A stretch of DNA of 63,779 nucleotides, counting the filler, from Octopus bimaculoides (Eukaryota), in the NCBI RefSeq assembly GCF_001194135.2. It is 4 parts of 2 records of this genome, joined end to end, with 100 filler letters (N's around TTAATTAATTAA, not from the genome) between each part and the next. Parts side by side here need not be neighbours in the genome. Positions count along the whole stretch, not along the records: positions 1 to 27,876 come from NC_068985.1; 3 more parts are not named here. The stretch is one strand, 5' to 3'. Below the pieces are notes generated by a model. The model was not told the origin of the DNA. It worked only from the letters and a program-made list of their open reading frames with translations, and made no database searches. How positions within the stretch are numbered: position 1 is the stretch's first letter; every line of letters starts with the position of its first letter. Positions 12,963-26,308 of this stretch are shown here, piece after piece. Made by a program: the position numbers and the translations under genes.

Positions 12963-13288
12963 CTATTATAAAATAATATAGGCACACAGTTAACGTTGCA
13001 AACTTAAGAGTTATTATTGCTAATCTAACGATGCTAACTTCGTTGAAATCTTCCGTTATTGAATGCTGTGTTCCGAGGACTTGAGAATTGTGTCTCTCTT
13101 CAAGCTGTGTAAAAAATGTCACATTCCTCTTTAGCCAGTATTCTCAGACCAGTGACGTTGTATCTAAAATGCCGAAAAGAAGACATCGCTATACCTAACT
13201 GAATGAAACTATCGTACAAGAAAGACTACCGCAAAGTGATGGCAGTTTCTTCATGTCCGAAGATCATAAGGAATGTAACTATTTAAAC

Positions 13289-14019
13289 CAGGGGTTCTCA
13301 AACATTTTTATCTATGGACCCCTTTGATTACTATTTTATTCTGGTTCACCTCCATAGTCATTCGATGTTTAAAAACAGTTTTATAGAAACATCTTTCAAA
13401 ATTCCTATTTTGTTTTTCACACATTCCTTTGTGTAGGTTGATCTATGTAATGCGTTAGAGAAAGAAACCTGTCTGTCTCTTGCAATACATACCAATACAT
13501 GTGGAGGCGCAATGGCCCAGTGGTTAGGGCAGCGGACTCATGATCATAGGATCGCGGTTTCGATTCCCAGACCGAGCGTTGTGAGTGTTTATTGAGCGAA
13601 AACACCTAAAAGCTCCACGAGGCCCCAGCAGGGGATGGTGGCGAACCCTACTGTACTCTTCCACCACAACTTTCTCTCACTCTTACTTCCTGTTTCTGTT
13701 GTGCCTGTAATTCAAAGGGTCAGCCTTGTCACCGTGTCACGCTGAATATCCCCGAGAACTACGTTAAGGGAACACGTGTCTGTGGAGTGCTCAGCCACTT
13801 GCACATTAATTTCACGAGCAGGCTGTTCCGTTGATCGGATCGTAAGCGACGGAGTGCCAACAACAACAACAATACCAATACATACATCTAAAGCAACATA
13901 TTTTCAGGGGCCCTTAAAATACTATTGAGAGTACCCAATTTATTATTTTGTTGCGTGGACCACCCTAAAATCTTATATGGACCCTCAGGGGCCATATGAA
14001 CCCAGGTTGAGAACCACTG
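13289..14019. mobile_element. hAT (Charlie-like) MITE interrupted by a SINE
   Basis: TIRs caggggttctcaaa and gttgagaaccactg; degenerate 8-bp TSD atttaaac (13281-13288) versus atataaat (14020-14027). Confidence 0.8.
13501..13871 (+). mobile_element. tRNA-derived SINE, family C, with 12-bp TSD
   Basis: A box tggcccagtgg, B box ggtttcgattccc, (CAA)n tail; TSD ataccaatacat at 13489-13500 and 13872-13883. Confidence 0.92.
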
Positions 14020-14618
14020 ATATAAATCGATCCTTGACGCTGCAGAGCTTTTCTTCCTGCCTGCGTTTAGTTGTTTTAAAGTGAGAGTCGATCTTCTCGA
14101 TCCAATCCCACCCTTTAGACTTGGAGGTTTGACCTCAATGGTTCAGCGGACTAAGACGGCTGCGGTGACTTGCACGCTATAAGTTTTACGCTGGAGTGAC
14201 CTTCACTTAGGTGTATTGCTTTATAAGCCTGGGGAACTCCATCTACCTTGAAGTTCCTGGAAGATTGTCAAAGAGGGTGCCGGATCGCCTGAAGGAGTCC
14301 ACTCTCATTTGCTGTCCAGGTTGACTCCCTTTGCCTATTCCTTTCCCAAGGTGCTCACAAGACGGTGAGGGTTTGTGCTTGGAGTTTCTTCCAGAACATG
14401 CTAGTTGACACATAACTGGGACGCTAACAGGTGCCACTATTCCGAGTCAGAATAAACCTGGGAGTAACAGGGGCCAAGAGGTAGTTTCTCATTCTTCAAA
14501 AGCCTGGAAATTCCAGCCAGGGCCTTACTACCGGGTGCAGTTTAATGTCATAGCCCAAGACAAGCCGCTAAGTACACAACATAGAATTATCTTCTTAGGA
14601 GCATATATAATGGAATAT

Positions 14619-14620
<2 letters not shown>

Positions 14621-14702
<82 letters not shown>
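14621..14702. repeat. (CA)n microsatellite
   Basis: About 40 perfect CA units. Confidence 0.95.
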
Positions 14703-14705
<3 letters not shown>

Positions 14706-14910
14706 TACCTACATACATAAATAAATACATACATACACACACAGATACATTCATACATACACACACAGATACATACATGCTTACATGCATACATACATAC
14801 ATATAACAGACAGAAAACATGAGTGATAAACCAAAAGCAAAACGAGGTGAATAAACAATACGAAACACAAACAAGTAGAATGTCAGAGAGAATTACGAAC
14901 GGTCACCCCG

Positions 14911-14966
14911 ACAGACAAGCAGGCAGACAGACAAGCAGGCAGACAGACAAGCAGGCAGACAGACAA
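14911..14966. repeat. 16-bp minisatellite (acagacaagcaggcag)x3
   Basis: Three exact tandem copies plus a partial fourth. Confidence 0.9.
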
Positions 14967-16094
14967 TGGAACGTTCATTCCATTTCTGACTAAACCTGAA
15001 ATATTTTATCTTCTACGACAGCCACAAGTTTTCTCAGCCTCACTTACTCTTCCTCCTCCTCTTCCTTCTCCTCCTATTCCTTTTCTTCTCCTTTCTCGTC
15101 GTCCTCCTCTTTTCCTCTACCCTCTTAAAATGTCTACAATGTGTCTCTTTATTCAACCCGTTCTCTCTTTANNNNNNNNNNNNNNNNNNNNNNNNNNNNN
15201 NNNNNNNNNNNNNNNNNNNNNNNNNNNNNNNNNNNNNNNNNNNNNNNNNNNNNNNNNNNNNNNNNNNNNNNNNNNNNNNNNNNNNNNNNNNNNNNNNNNN
15301 NNNNNNNNNNNNNNNNNNNNNNNNNNNNNNNNNNNNNNNNNNNNNNNNNNNNNNNNNNNNNNNNNNNNNNNNNNNNNNNNNNNNNNNNNNNNNNNNNNNN
15401 NNNNNNNNNNNNNNNNNNNNNNNNNNNNNNNNNNNNNNNNNTTATCCATATGTTTCTTTTGTTTTCTTCTTACAATGCGTGTTAATCCAAACACCATCAT
15501 CAAACACCATCATTCATCCAAACACCATCATTCCTACCACTACTACTACCACCACCACCACCACCACCACCACCATTGGTGTGTTGCTTTCACCTTAGCA
15601 TTAACACACTCCTCACCGAGTTTCCTAGTAATTCATCACATCACATTTCTTCATCGTCGTGTCATCATCACACTTCACCATCATCATCGTAGTCTTATGA
15701 TATGCGTGTACATGTGTGCGTGTGTGTGTGTGTGTGTGTATGCGTGTGTGCGTGCGTGTATATGTATGCGTGTATGTGTGTGTATGTATGTGTGTATGTG
15801 TGTGTGTGTGCGCGTGTGTGTGTACGTATATGTAAATACATAAGTAAATATATATATATATGTATAACCAAGTGGAGAATGGAGAAACAGACACAAGAAG
15901 AAGCAGGTCGATTGCGCTAGTTAGCCATTAATTAAATCAATTGTGTGGAGATTAGCCTATCGCTTGAATGTTTAAACAATCCTAACTTATATCTATATAT
16001 ACATATGTATCCATTTTTTCTCTTAAGCGTTTCAGCCCAAAGGTTGTAGCCACGTTAGGCCATCACCTTTTGAATGACCATTTCTGTGTGAATG

Positions 16095-16345
16095 TCTTTT
16101 GGTAAAAGAGAGAGTTTGTTATTTCTGCCCTCGTTTGAGTTTCTTGCTGTGATGTAGGTTCATCAGGGATCTTGGACAGCAGAAGCTCTCAGGTTGTTTC
16201 TTGAAGATTTCTACTCCCACCACTCTGGCAAGACATTAAATAGCCGTGGGTCTTTGAATCCCAAGCTACCGCAGCAATTGGTCTTCATTCTAGACGGGAT
16301 ACGCGGGACATTTTGAAACAGTGCAAATTCTCTGGGAGCAGAGGA
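16095..16345 (-). pseudogene. CR1-type LINE ORF2 extreme C-terminal fragment
   Basis: Minus strand with frameshifts: VPRIPSRMKTNCCGSLGFKDPRLFNVLPE / GVEIFKKQ / LLSKIPDEPTSQQETQTRAEITNSLFYQ, matching the CR1-clade tail SL.FKGP.LFN.LP...FK..LD..L..IPDEP...RA..NSL..Q. Confidence 0.75.
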
Positions 16346-17494
16346 ATATATTCAGTCACTTCTCATCTAGAAACATTCACCACCACCATCACCAACACCA
16401 CCACCACCACCANNNNNNNNNNNNNNNNNNNNNNNNNNNNNNNNNNNNNNNNNNNNNNNNNNNNNNNNNNNNNNNNNNNNNNNNNNNNNNNNNNNNNNNN
16501 NNNNNNNNNNNNNNNNNNNNNNNNNNNNNNNNNNNNNNNNNNNNNNNNNNNNNNNNNNNNNNNNNNNNNNNNNNNNNNNNNNNNNNNNNNNNNNNNNNNN
16601 NNNNNNNNNNNNNNNNNNNNNNNNNNNNNNNNNNNNNNNNNNNNNNNNNNNNNNNNNNNNNNNNNNNNNNNNNNNNNNNNNNNNNNNNNNNNNNNNNNNN
16701 NNNNNNNNNNNNNNNNNNNNNNNNNNNNNNNNNNNNNNNNNNNNNNNNNNNNNNNNNNNNNNNNNNNNNNNNNNNNNNNNNNNNNNNNNNNNNNNNNNNN
16801 NNNNNNNNNNNNNNNNNNNNNNNNNNNNNNNNNNNNNNNNNNNNNNNNNNNNNNNNNNNNNNNNNNNNNNNNNNNNNNNNNNNNNNNNNNNNNNNNNNNN
16901 NNNNNNNNNNNNNNNNNNNNNNNNNNNNNNNNNNNNNNNNNNNNNNNNNNNNNNNNNNNNNNNNNNNNNNNNNNNNNNNNNNNNNNNNNNNNNNNNNNNN
17001 NNNNNNNNNNNNNNNNNNNNNNNNNNNNNNNNNNNNNNNNNNNNNNNNNNNNNNNNNNNNNNNNNNNNNNNNNNNNNNNNNNNNNNNNNNNNNNNNNNNN
17101 NNNNNNNNNNNNNNNNNNNNNNNNNNNNNNNNNNNNNNNNNNNNNNNNNNNNNNNNNNNNNNNNNNCCGCATTTCTGTCGTAAATAAAGGTGAGCTGACA
17201 TGACAGAAGAGAATAATCGTAAATTCCAATAAAACGACTTCACGGCATAGAGAGACGACAACAACAACAACTACTACTACTACTACTACTACTACTATTA
17301 TTACTACCAACACCACCACCACCATCATCACCACTACCACCACTACTACTATAGCAGCATCGCAAAGACGGCTACACAACTCCAGGATCATAAGAACCAC
17401 TATAACAACAATAACAACAACAGCAACAACTAGACAACACAATAACAACATCTGGTTCAACACAATAACGCATCATTAACAACTACAACAATCA

Positions 17495-18805
17495 CTGATT
17501 CCCTCCCTTGATCATTCATTAACTCACTCCCTCAGTCATTCACCGGCTCGCTGCCTCAGTCATTGATTCCTTCATTCCGTCACTCATTCTTTAAATCATC
17601 CGTTAAATCACTACCTCAATCATTGATCTCCTTATTCTCTCACTCACTAACTCTCTGACTCACTCTCTCAATCATTCGTCAAATCGCTGCCTCAATCGTT
17701 TATTTCCTTATTCTCTCACTCACTAACTCTCTCACTCACTCTCTCAATCATTCGTCAAATCGCTGCCTCAATCGTTTATTTCCTTATTCTCTCACTCACT
17801 CTCTCANNNNNNNNNNNNNNNNNNNNNNNNNNNNNNNNNNNNNNNNNNNNNNNNNNNNNNNNNNNNNNNNNNNNNNNNNNNNNNNNNNNNNNNNNNNNNN
17901 NNNNNNNNNNNNNNNNNNNNNNNNNNCGTTTATTTCCTTATTCTCTCACTCACTAACTCTCTCACTCACTCTCTCAATCATTCGTCAAATTGCTGCCTCA
18001 ATCGTTTATTTCCTTATTCTCTCAGTCACTAACTCTCTCACTTACTCTCTCACTCACTCTCTCAATCATTCGTCAAATCGCTGCCTCAATCGTTTATTTC
18101 CTTATTCTCTCACTCACTCACTAACTCTCTCACTCACTCTCTCAATCATTCGTCAAATCGATGCCTCAATCGTTTATTTCCTTATTCTCTCATTCATTAA
18201 CTCATTCCCTAAATCATTCGTCAAATCACTGTCTCAGTCATTGATTCCCTTCGTCCCCTCAGTCATTCATTGATTCATTCCCTAAGTCATTCGTCAAATC
18301 ACTGCCTCAATCATTGAATCTCCTCGTTCCTTAACTCATTTATTAACTCACTGCCTCAATAGTAATTTCCTCATTCTCTCAGTCATTCATTAACTCATCT
18401 CCTCAATCATTCGTCAGATCACTGCTTTAATCATTGATTCCCTCAGTCGTTCATTAACTCACCTTCTCATTATTCATCAACTCATTGCTTCACTCATTGA
18501 TAGCCTCATTCCCTCAGTCATTTATTAACTCACTGTCTCAATCATTAATCAAATCAATCAATTCTTCGTTCCTTCAGCCATTCATTAACTCATCTCCTCA
18601 ATCATTCGTCAGATCACTGCCTTAATCATTGATTCCCTCAGTCGTTCATTAACTCACCTTCTCATCATTCATCAACTCATTGCTTCACTCATTGATAGCC
18701 TCATTCCCTCAGTCATTTATTAACTCACTGTCTCAATCATTAATCAAATCAATCAATAATTTTTTCGTTCCCTCAGCCATTCAATAACTCATTCCCTCAA
18801 TCACT
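17495..18805. repeat. TCAT/TCAC-rich minisatellite: ~76-bp units, then a ~195-bp dimer
   Basis: cgtttatttcc restarts at 17697, 17773, (gap), 17927, 18003, 18091 and 18171; ttcattaactcatctcc restarts at 18386 and 18581. Confidence 0.9.
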
Positions 18806-19502
18806 CTTAGCTTATACATTCAACCACATATTAATAAACCCGTTAATACATTCACTCCAACACAAAATCATTCACTCTTTAGCCCCAGGTCAGTCACGAC
18901 GGAACGAACCTATAATCGGACACGTTCCAGCTTTGACTCTCCCTCGGATCTTTTGTATATCAAAGACTGCACTCTTCAAACGTAATCTTCCTTTCAAAAC
19001 AAAAATAAAAGTGAGAGACTTTATTTATGGGTTAATAAACCTACCAATGGTTTCATGTGGAATATTCTTTACAATTGTTCAAGCGTTCTACGGGGGAACA
19101 TTGGTACTCGTCTCCATTTTGGATGAGAATATTAGCGCATGTGTGTGTGTGTATATATACTTGTATGTATGCATGCTTGTATGAACATATATTTGCCTAC
19201 ACAAAACACTTCTTATGATGTCTAATAACTAAATCCACTCACAAGGCTTTTAAGAGAAGAACCCGTTTTCTCTGATTGGACAACAAGTATATATTGATAT
19301 ATATATATATATACATACATACATACATACATACATACATACATACATACATACATACATGCATACATATGTGTGTCTATATACGTACGCATATATATAT
19401 ACATACACATACGCAGAACTATCAAGCACTTTATAAACTTACACAAAAATGCAATTAGGTGTATTTTAAGAAATTATATGCATGTGCATGTGTATATGTG
19501 TG

Positions 19503-19546
<44 letters not shown>

Positions 19547-20664
19547 GTAGTAAAATGATCAACTCTATCAGTTTCGACAGTGTGTTCCCGTTTGTCCACC
19601 TACCTTTGTATCTCTCTATTTCGTTAGATAGATAAACGGACAGACAGTGAGACAAACTGACAGACAGTGAGACAAACTGACAGACAGACAAACAGACGGA
19701 TACAAATAAGGGACAATGGATGAACAGAGTAAATAAAAATAAAATTAATCTGGAGCAAAGAAAGGAATGAACGAATAAACGAATAGAGGAATGACAGAAG
19801 ACAAGGATAATAAAAGCAAACAGAGACATTGGACGAGGATAGTTAGTAAGAAAAAGTATGAAAAGAAGACAATGAAAGTTATAACGTCAAAACAGGACCA
19901 AACGATAGATAGATGGATAAAAAAAAGATATGATAAAATAGGAGAGAGATTGGGTGGATTAGAAAGTGAGATACTTGAGAGGGAGGTTGAGAGAGAGAGA
20001 GAGAAAGAGAGAGGATGGTTATGTAGAAAAAGTAAGGAATTTGTTGTATAAAATAGCAACGTATTGTTAGATCATTGTGAAAGAATTTGGTAAGTCTGTG
20101 CTTGAGATTCCTCAAGCGAAATCAATAAGTTATGTTGGCAATGTTTCCAGGCGTCAAACTCTTTTAATGCAGAATGGCAACCGAGCAGAGAACGGCCCGA
20201 CGCTTTTTTTTCTCTCTCTAAGGGATATCCCGTCTATTTATTACTGTTGTAATTGCTGTTGCTATTTATTTAACCACAGGTCAGGCTTGATCCAGCAGAC
20301 CTATGAGCAAAGCCATTCCAATAATGACTAATATGTCATTAATTCAGATGTGGGATCTCTAGCTCTCTATCCTCATTTCTTTCCTTCTTTATTTTAAATT
20401 TTGATGGGATTTTGACTGCTATTTCTACCTAACTGATTGAATGACCACGTATAAACGTTTTTCTGTTTTTCTGGGTTTTTTTTCTTTTATACCTTTTGAA
20501 GAGACCCTAGCTATTTCTGACCCTCTTAGATTGATGATACGGGTAAGGTTGACGTTAATTAGTCCTGTAGATTGATGCCAGAAGGAAAACAAGAGCAAAC
20601 TGTGAGTTCCAGGGACTGCAGTTTGGGAGAAATAAGGATTGGATTAAAAAGTTTAGGGTGCTTA

Positions 20665-21002
20665 TCTTTTACTTGTTTCAGTCAATAGACCGCAGTTATG
20701 TTTGGACACCGCCCTAGAGAAATTTTAGTCGAATGAGTCGACCCCAGAACTTATATTTTAAGCTTGGTACTTGTTTTATCGATATCCTTCGCCGAACTGC
20801 TACGTTACGGGGATGTAAGCACACCAGCACCGATTGTCAAGCGATAGGGTGGGGGATAAACACAGACACAAACACACACACAAACACATGTATCCACTCA
20901 CAAGGCTTTGGCTAGCCCGAAGCTATAGTAGAAGACGCTTGCCCAAGATTCCACGCAGTGGAACAGAACTCGGAACTACGTGGTTGGGAAGCAAGCTTCT
21001 TT
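20665..21002 (-). mobile_element. tRNA-derived SINE, family A (CORE-like body)
   Basis: Reverse of the + copy at 48498-48905: acttgtttcagtc...cacaaggctttgg...ccacgcagtgg. Confidence 0.85.
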
Positions 21003-21249
21003 ATTTCATAAATTGGCCATGGCAGCCGTACATAGATGGAACAAACAAGGACAGACAAACATAGAGGGTGAAGAAGTTGCTTATTACGAATGAAATAGTT
21101 TCGAATGAAACTATTATGCTGTTAAAAATTATATCTTTTTTTTTTCCTTTTAAAACATTCAATATAAGCTTGATGATCATTGCAAATTTTGCAATGTGTG
21201 ACTGAAGGAAAGGCATCCAACCTCCAGGTTCAAACCTTTACTTTTCCTT

Positions 21250-23107
21250 CTGGCTCCACTTACCTGGTTCCAGTCACTCGCAGCTTGTTCACTACTTGCT
21301 TCCATCTTTTCGCAAACATATCCTGTGACAGGTATCTCTTCTCCAGCCTGATCTTGCTATCGAGGTGGTAACTAAAGAAGTTACCTGTCACTATACCTCT
21401 TACATTCGTCTTCCATTCTGTTTCTTTCAGTATGGCTACTACGCAGAAAAAACACAATCTTGATAATAACTCAGCCGATAGCTGTACTCTTCTCATCGTT
21501 GACAACAGTTGCTCGACAAATGCTGTCAGTCCCGATAATTCAGGACACTCCACGAAAGCGTGCAAAACAGTTTCTCTGTCACGCCTGCACCTCGGGCATG
21601 TCAGTGAGACGGTACTTCCGTGCCTTGACAGCTTGTCTCGAACAAGTAAAGCCGAACGGTAGCACTGCCAAGATAGGGATTTCTGGTAATTATCCAGATA
21701 CCCCGGCCCAAAACTTCTCCTGAACAGGTTGATCAAATGATTTCCATCGAAGCCCAGGGCAAAATTTTTAACTCTGTGTTTAGCAGTGTTATGGGCTGAA
21801 AATTACTGATGATATCCCCCTTGCTCGGGTCTTTTCTGATCGACGTCACCAGCCCTCGGCTCGCAGATCAGGAAATTCTCCCATTCTGCTGCCATTTGGT
21901 GAAGATGCTGGCCAGCAGGTGCCCGAACAAGTCTGGCATAGGGTAGACTATCAAGACCCCACGATTTGTCCCCGAGGCACTCGGATAGCGCCTCGACACC
22001 TCCACAGCTGTAATTGGCCTCACCATGGTCTAGCGTCCTGCTCCTCCCGAACAACTCGGCGAAGTGCTTCTAAAGTGCCTCACACATTTATCCTTTGACC
22101 AAACGCTCATTTTCGTCAATCAAAGACCTGATTATGACATCGTTGACACGCTGGGTCTCTACCGTACGAGCCCACCCGGCAACATCAATTCTTTCGTGGC
22201 CCAATGCAGGCACTTTAGCTCGAACCCTGCATCTCTCATGTTTGGTTTTGAGGTGACGGTCCAAGGCCGTTCTCGCTGCCAGAATTAGGGATGCAGAGCC
22301 CAATCTCAACGCCTCTTCTAAAGCCTTAAGTAGGTTACCTTCTACTCTAACCTAATCTAAACTTAACTGACGGCTAAATCTAATGGACTCAAATCGTATG
22401 GCTCTTTTTAGGGCAAACCACCACCGGTTATTCACCACACGGTGCTGGTTAATGCTCTTTTCACTAACTCTTTAATCTAGTTACAGTATGCCTCACAAGC
22501 CAAAGTAGACTTGTTCAGCTTCCGGTAACTAGATCCCTGTCTATGGGTACTATCTATGTTCAGCCTCCACTTAACCATTTTATGGTCAGTGTAGGTGACT
22601 TGAACAAACTGTGAACAGCTAAAGCTAGACTTATCTTTAACCCTTATAACTATCCTGTCTAAGTAAGACTTGAGCTTCCTGTTGCCATTCATCCAGGTCT
22701 ACACTGGGATGTTCAGGTGCTCAAGTCTGTAACGATCTGCCAGCTGAAAACGCTTAAGCAGATCGATGAGGCGCAAGTTAACACTCCTACCAGTCGAGCC
22801 ACAGCTATCCAGACGTGCATCCAGGATAGCATTGTAGTCTCCTAACTCAACTAATGTCTTAGACGTCACGAGAAAGTTCTCTAGGCGCCGATAGAAATCA
22901 GTTTGCTGCCTTCTTGCACAGGGTGCGTAAATACCGATGAACCTGAAGGCCTTGTTGCTGTATGTCACGTCAAGGACGACCAGCCCACTTTCAGCGTCCA
23001 CAAAGACTACTTATCTGCAGAGCCAAACCTTTTTGGACCAGGACTACTACATCTCCTCGACCTCTGGTCTGGCCAGGAGACATGATTTTCTCATAGCCAT
23101 TCAGGAG
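21250..23107 (-). mobile_element. Tx1/L1-clade LINE remnant: APE endonuclease, linker, RT start and C-terminal zinc knuckle, with RT core deleted
   Basis: Minus strand: RFIGIYAP...LGDYNAILD...LADRYR...SYLDRI...TDHKMV (APE); WWFALKRAI (linker); KSWGLDSLPY and NFQPITLLNTELKI (RT N-terminus) joined directly to LINLFRRSF...SLSWQCYRSAL...CPRC...ETVLHAFVEC. Several stops and frameshifts. Confidence 0.9.
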
Positions 23108-24947
23108 NNNNNNNNNNNNNNNNNNNNNNNNNNNNNNNNNNNNNNNNNNNNNNNNNNNNNNNNNNNNNNNNNNNNNNNNNNNNNNNNNNNNNNNNNNNNN
23201 NNNNNNNTGTGTGTGTGTGTGTGTGTGTGTGTGTAATGTTTGTGCATTTAGCATATAGTAGAACGCAGCTAATAGATTACACCTACCTTCATTCATGTGT
23301 ATACATGTGTAATATATGTATTTATATGCATACATATACATACATACATATATATATACACACACATATTTATACGTGTAGATATATATAATTTATATTC
23401 ACTCACTATGTTTATATTCATATATATACATATGCAAACGTTCGCACGCACGCACGCACCTATATATGCATACGGGTACACATATGCACTTTTCTTTCTC
23501 CATATCTTTCTTTCCCTATTCCATTCTCTCTCCCTCTCTCTTTCCTCTCCTTCCCCCTCGCTCCCCCTTTTTCTCCCTTTTATTTTTTCAAATCCACCAC
23601 GCACCCATCCACCTCTCTCTCTCAATTAATCTATCAATTCATCAAATAATTCTCATTGTTGGTGTTCTGTATATCTTTATTCATCATCCACCAATCTATT
23701 CACCCACACTGCTCAGCCACCCGTCTACCTAGCTGTTCATCCATCAACTCTGGCTTCAATTTATCTACCCATAAATCCATCCATTCATCTATCAATCACC
23801 TTTTCTTCTCCGCTCTATACCGACATCTCACTTCCCTAAACACAGGTCCATTCACTCATTCTTCCATCCATTCTTTCACCCAGCCCTCCTTGTATAAAAT
23901 CCAACGAGCCACCCATCTATCCATCGACCCAGACACCCAAACACCCAACTATCCCTCTATTCATTCATCCACCCTAATACCCGCCATCCACCATGTTACC
24001 CCGCCATCCACCCTGCTATCCCGCCNNNNNNNNNNNNNNNNNNNNNNNNNNNNNNNNNNNNNNNNNNNNNNNNNNNNNNNNNNNNNNNNNNNNNNNNNNN
24101 NNNNNNNNNNNNNNNNNNNNNNNNNNNNNNNNNNNNNNNNNNNNNNNNNNNNNNNNNNNNNNNNNNNNNNNNNNNNNNNNNNNNNNNNNNNNNNNNNNNN
24201 NNNNNNNNNNNNNNNNNNNNNNNNNNNNNNNNNNNNNNNNNNNNNNNNNNNNNNNNNNNNNNNNNNNNNNNNNNNNNNNNNNNNNNNNNNNNNNNNNNNN
24301 NNNNNNNNNNNNNNNNNNNNNNNNNNNNNNNNNNNNNNNNNNNNNNNNNNNNNNNNNNNNNNNNNNNNNNNNNNNNNNNNNNNNNNNNNNNNNNNNNNNN
24401 NNNNNNNNNNNNNNNNNNNNNNNNNNNNNNNNNNNNNNNNNNNNNNNNNNNNNNNNNNNNNNNNNNNNNNNNNNNNNNNNNNNNNNNNNNNNNNNNNNNN
24501 NNNNNNNNNNNNNNNNNNNNNNNNNNNNNNNNNNNNNNNNNNNNNNNNNNNNNNNNNNNNNNNNNNNNNNNNNNNNNNNNNNNNNNNNNNNNNNNNNNNN
24601 NNNNNNNNNNNNNNNNNNNNNNNNNNNNNNNNNNNNNNNNNNNNNNNNNNNNNNNNNNNNNNNNNNNNNNNNNNNNNNNNNNNNNNNNNNNNNNNNNNNN
24701 NNNNNNNNNNNNNNNNNNNNNNNNNNNNNNNNNNNNNNNNNNNNNNNNNNNNNNNNNNNNNNNNNNNNNNNNNNNNNNNNNNNNNNNNNNNNNNNNNNNN
24801 NNNNNNNNNNNNNNNNNNNNNNNNNNNNNNNNNNNNNNNNNNNNNNNNNNNNNNNNNNNNNNNNNNNNNNNNNNNNNNNNNNNNNNNNNNNNNNNNNNNN
24901 NNNNNNNNNNNNNNNNNNNNNNNNNNNNNNNNNNNNNNNNNNNNNNN

Positions 24948-24996
<49 letters not shown>

Positions 24997-25461
24997 TTTC
25001 GCGTCAAAGAATCCTGATATCCTACATTACAGCCAGACTTCATTTTTGTTAGGGTTTATTTTTAACGGATTAATCAGGATGAAGGAACGTTGTCTATGAC
25101 CTTCACATGTTCACAATCTCACCCAGGCTGGTGAGATTGATGTGGCTAATGTTCACCTTGAACATTTGGAAGTCCACCAGAAGGGAATTTCGGGATTAGT
25201 GACGAGGTGGAGGACGACGATGAAAGTGTGAAAAGGGCTAAATTTAGGTTTTGTGCAGTGAAACAAAGTAATAATGTGGAGAAGGTCAGACAGGTTATTG
25301 AAATTAGGACATCAACAATAGCATAGAGCAACATGCTAACTTTTAGTTTAGTCTTGCACATTTTCACTGTTCCTCTTATAGATTAAGTATGCAAATTATA
25401 CGTTATAGTTCATCTTGTGTTGCTTAATGTCTGCCAATTTATGTATGTATATTCTTTATTC

Positions 25462-25765
25462 TTTTATTTGTTTCTCTCATTCAACTGCAGCCATGCTGGA
25501 GCACCGCTTTTTCGTCGAAGAAATCGACCCGAGTACTTATTCTTTGTAAGCCTAGTATTTATTCTATCGGTCTCTTTTGCCGAATCACTAAGTTATTGGT
25601 ACGTAAGGACACCACCATCACTGATTGTGGGGGGAATGGAACAAATACAGACACACAAATGCATACATATATACATATACACGACAGGCTTCTTTCAGTT
25701 TCCATCTGCCAAATTCGCTTACAAGGCTTTGGTCGGCCCGAGGCTATAGTAGAAGATACTTGTTT
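25462..25765 (-). mobile_element. SINE family A, partial
   Basis: ccatgctggagcaccg...gtaagcctagt...ggcccgaggctatagtagaaga. Confidence 0.85.
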
Positions 25766-25769
25766 GTTT

Positions 25770-26030
25770 TCGCTCGGTTTTCTTGCATGCCTCCACTGTC
25801 CTGTTCGTGTTCCCAACTTTCACCCTCCATAGATTCCCAATTTTATTTTGGTACTTATGGGAGCAACTGTCTTCGAAGACTCATATTGTCATTCAATGCA
25901 GTTGTCGGATAGACATCCGACAACTGATGAAGGGTCGTTCTTTATGTTACTTGTCCTGTTTTCCATTTGTTTCGTTGTTTGCGTATTGAACTCATTTGTT
26001 TTCATATTTCATGTTGTTTACTGTTGGTGA
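25770..26030. repeat. Unclassified ~260-bp interspersed repeat, copy 1
   Basis: Homologous to 31090-31370 (ttatgggagcaactgtctt(c/t)gaagactcatattg shared). Confidence 0.75.
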
Positions 26031-26051
26031 CGTGTTGTACCCATATATGCA

Positions 26052-26094
<43 letters not shown>

Positions 26095-26272
26095 GTATGT
26101 GTATTTTTTCAATGTGTGCAAATAACACGGAAAAAAATAATAAATAGTTACCAGGGTAGCAAATATTCACATAAGTATCAAGGTTGTAACAGCCTACTTA
26201 TAAAGGTAGAAATTCCAGGGTTTAATGAAATGTTTTTATATAGCATATATATATAAATAAATGGAGTTTATA

Positions 26273-26308
<36 letters not shown>

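Noticed and set aside
13501-13580. tRNA genes
   Set aside because: All tRNA-like A/B boxes are SINE heads continuing into SINE bodies, with no complete cloverleaf.
17495-18805. CRISPR-like array
   Set aside because: Units are contiguous tandem repeats with no unique spacers, in eukaryotic DNA.
25158-25325. Acidic protein-like open frame (GISDEVEDDDESVKRAKF...)
   Set aside because: About 54 codons between stops, no clear splice sites and no homology recognised.
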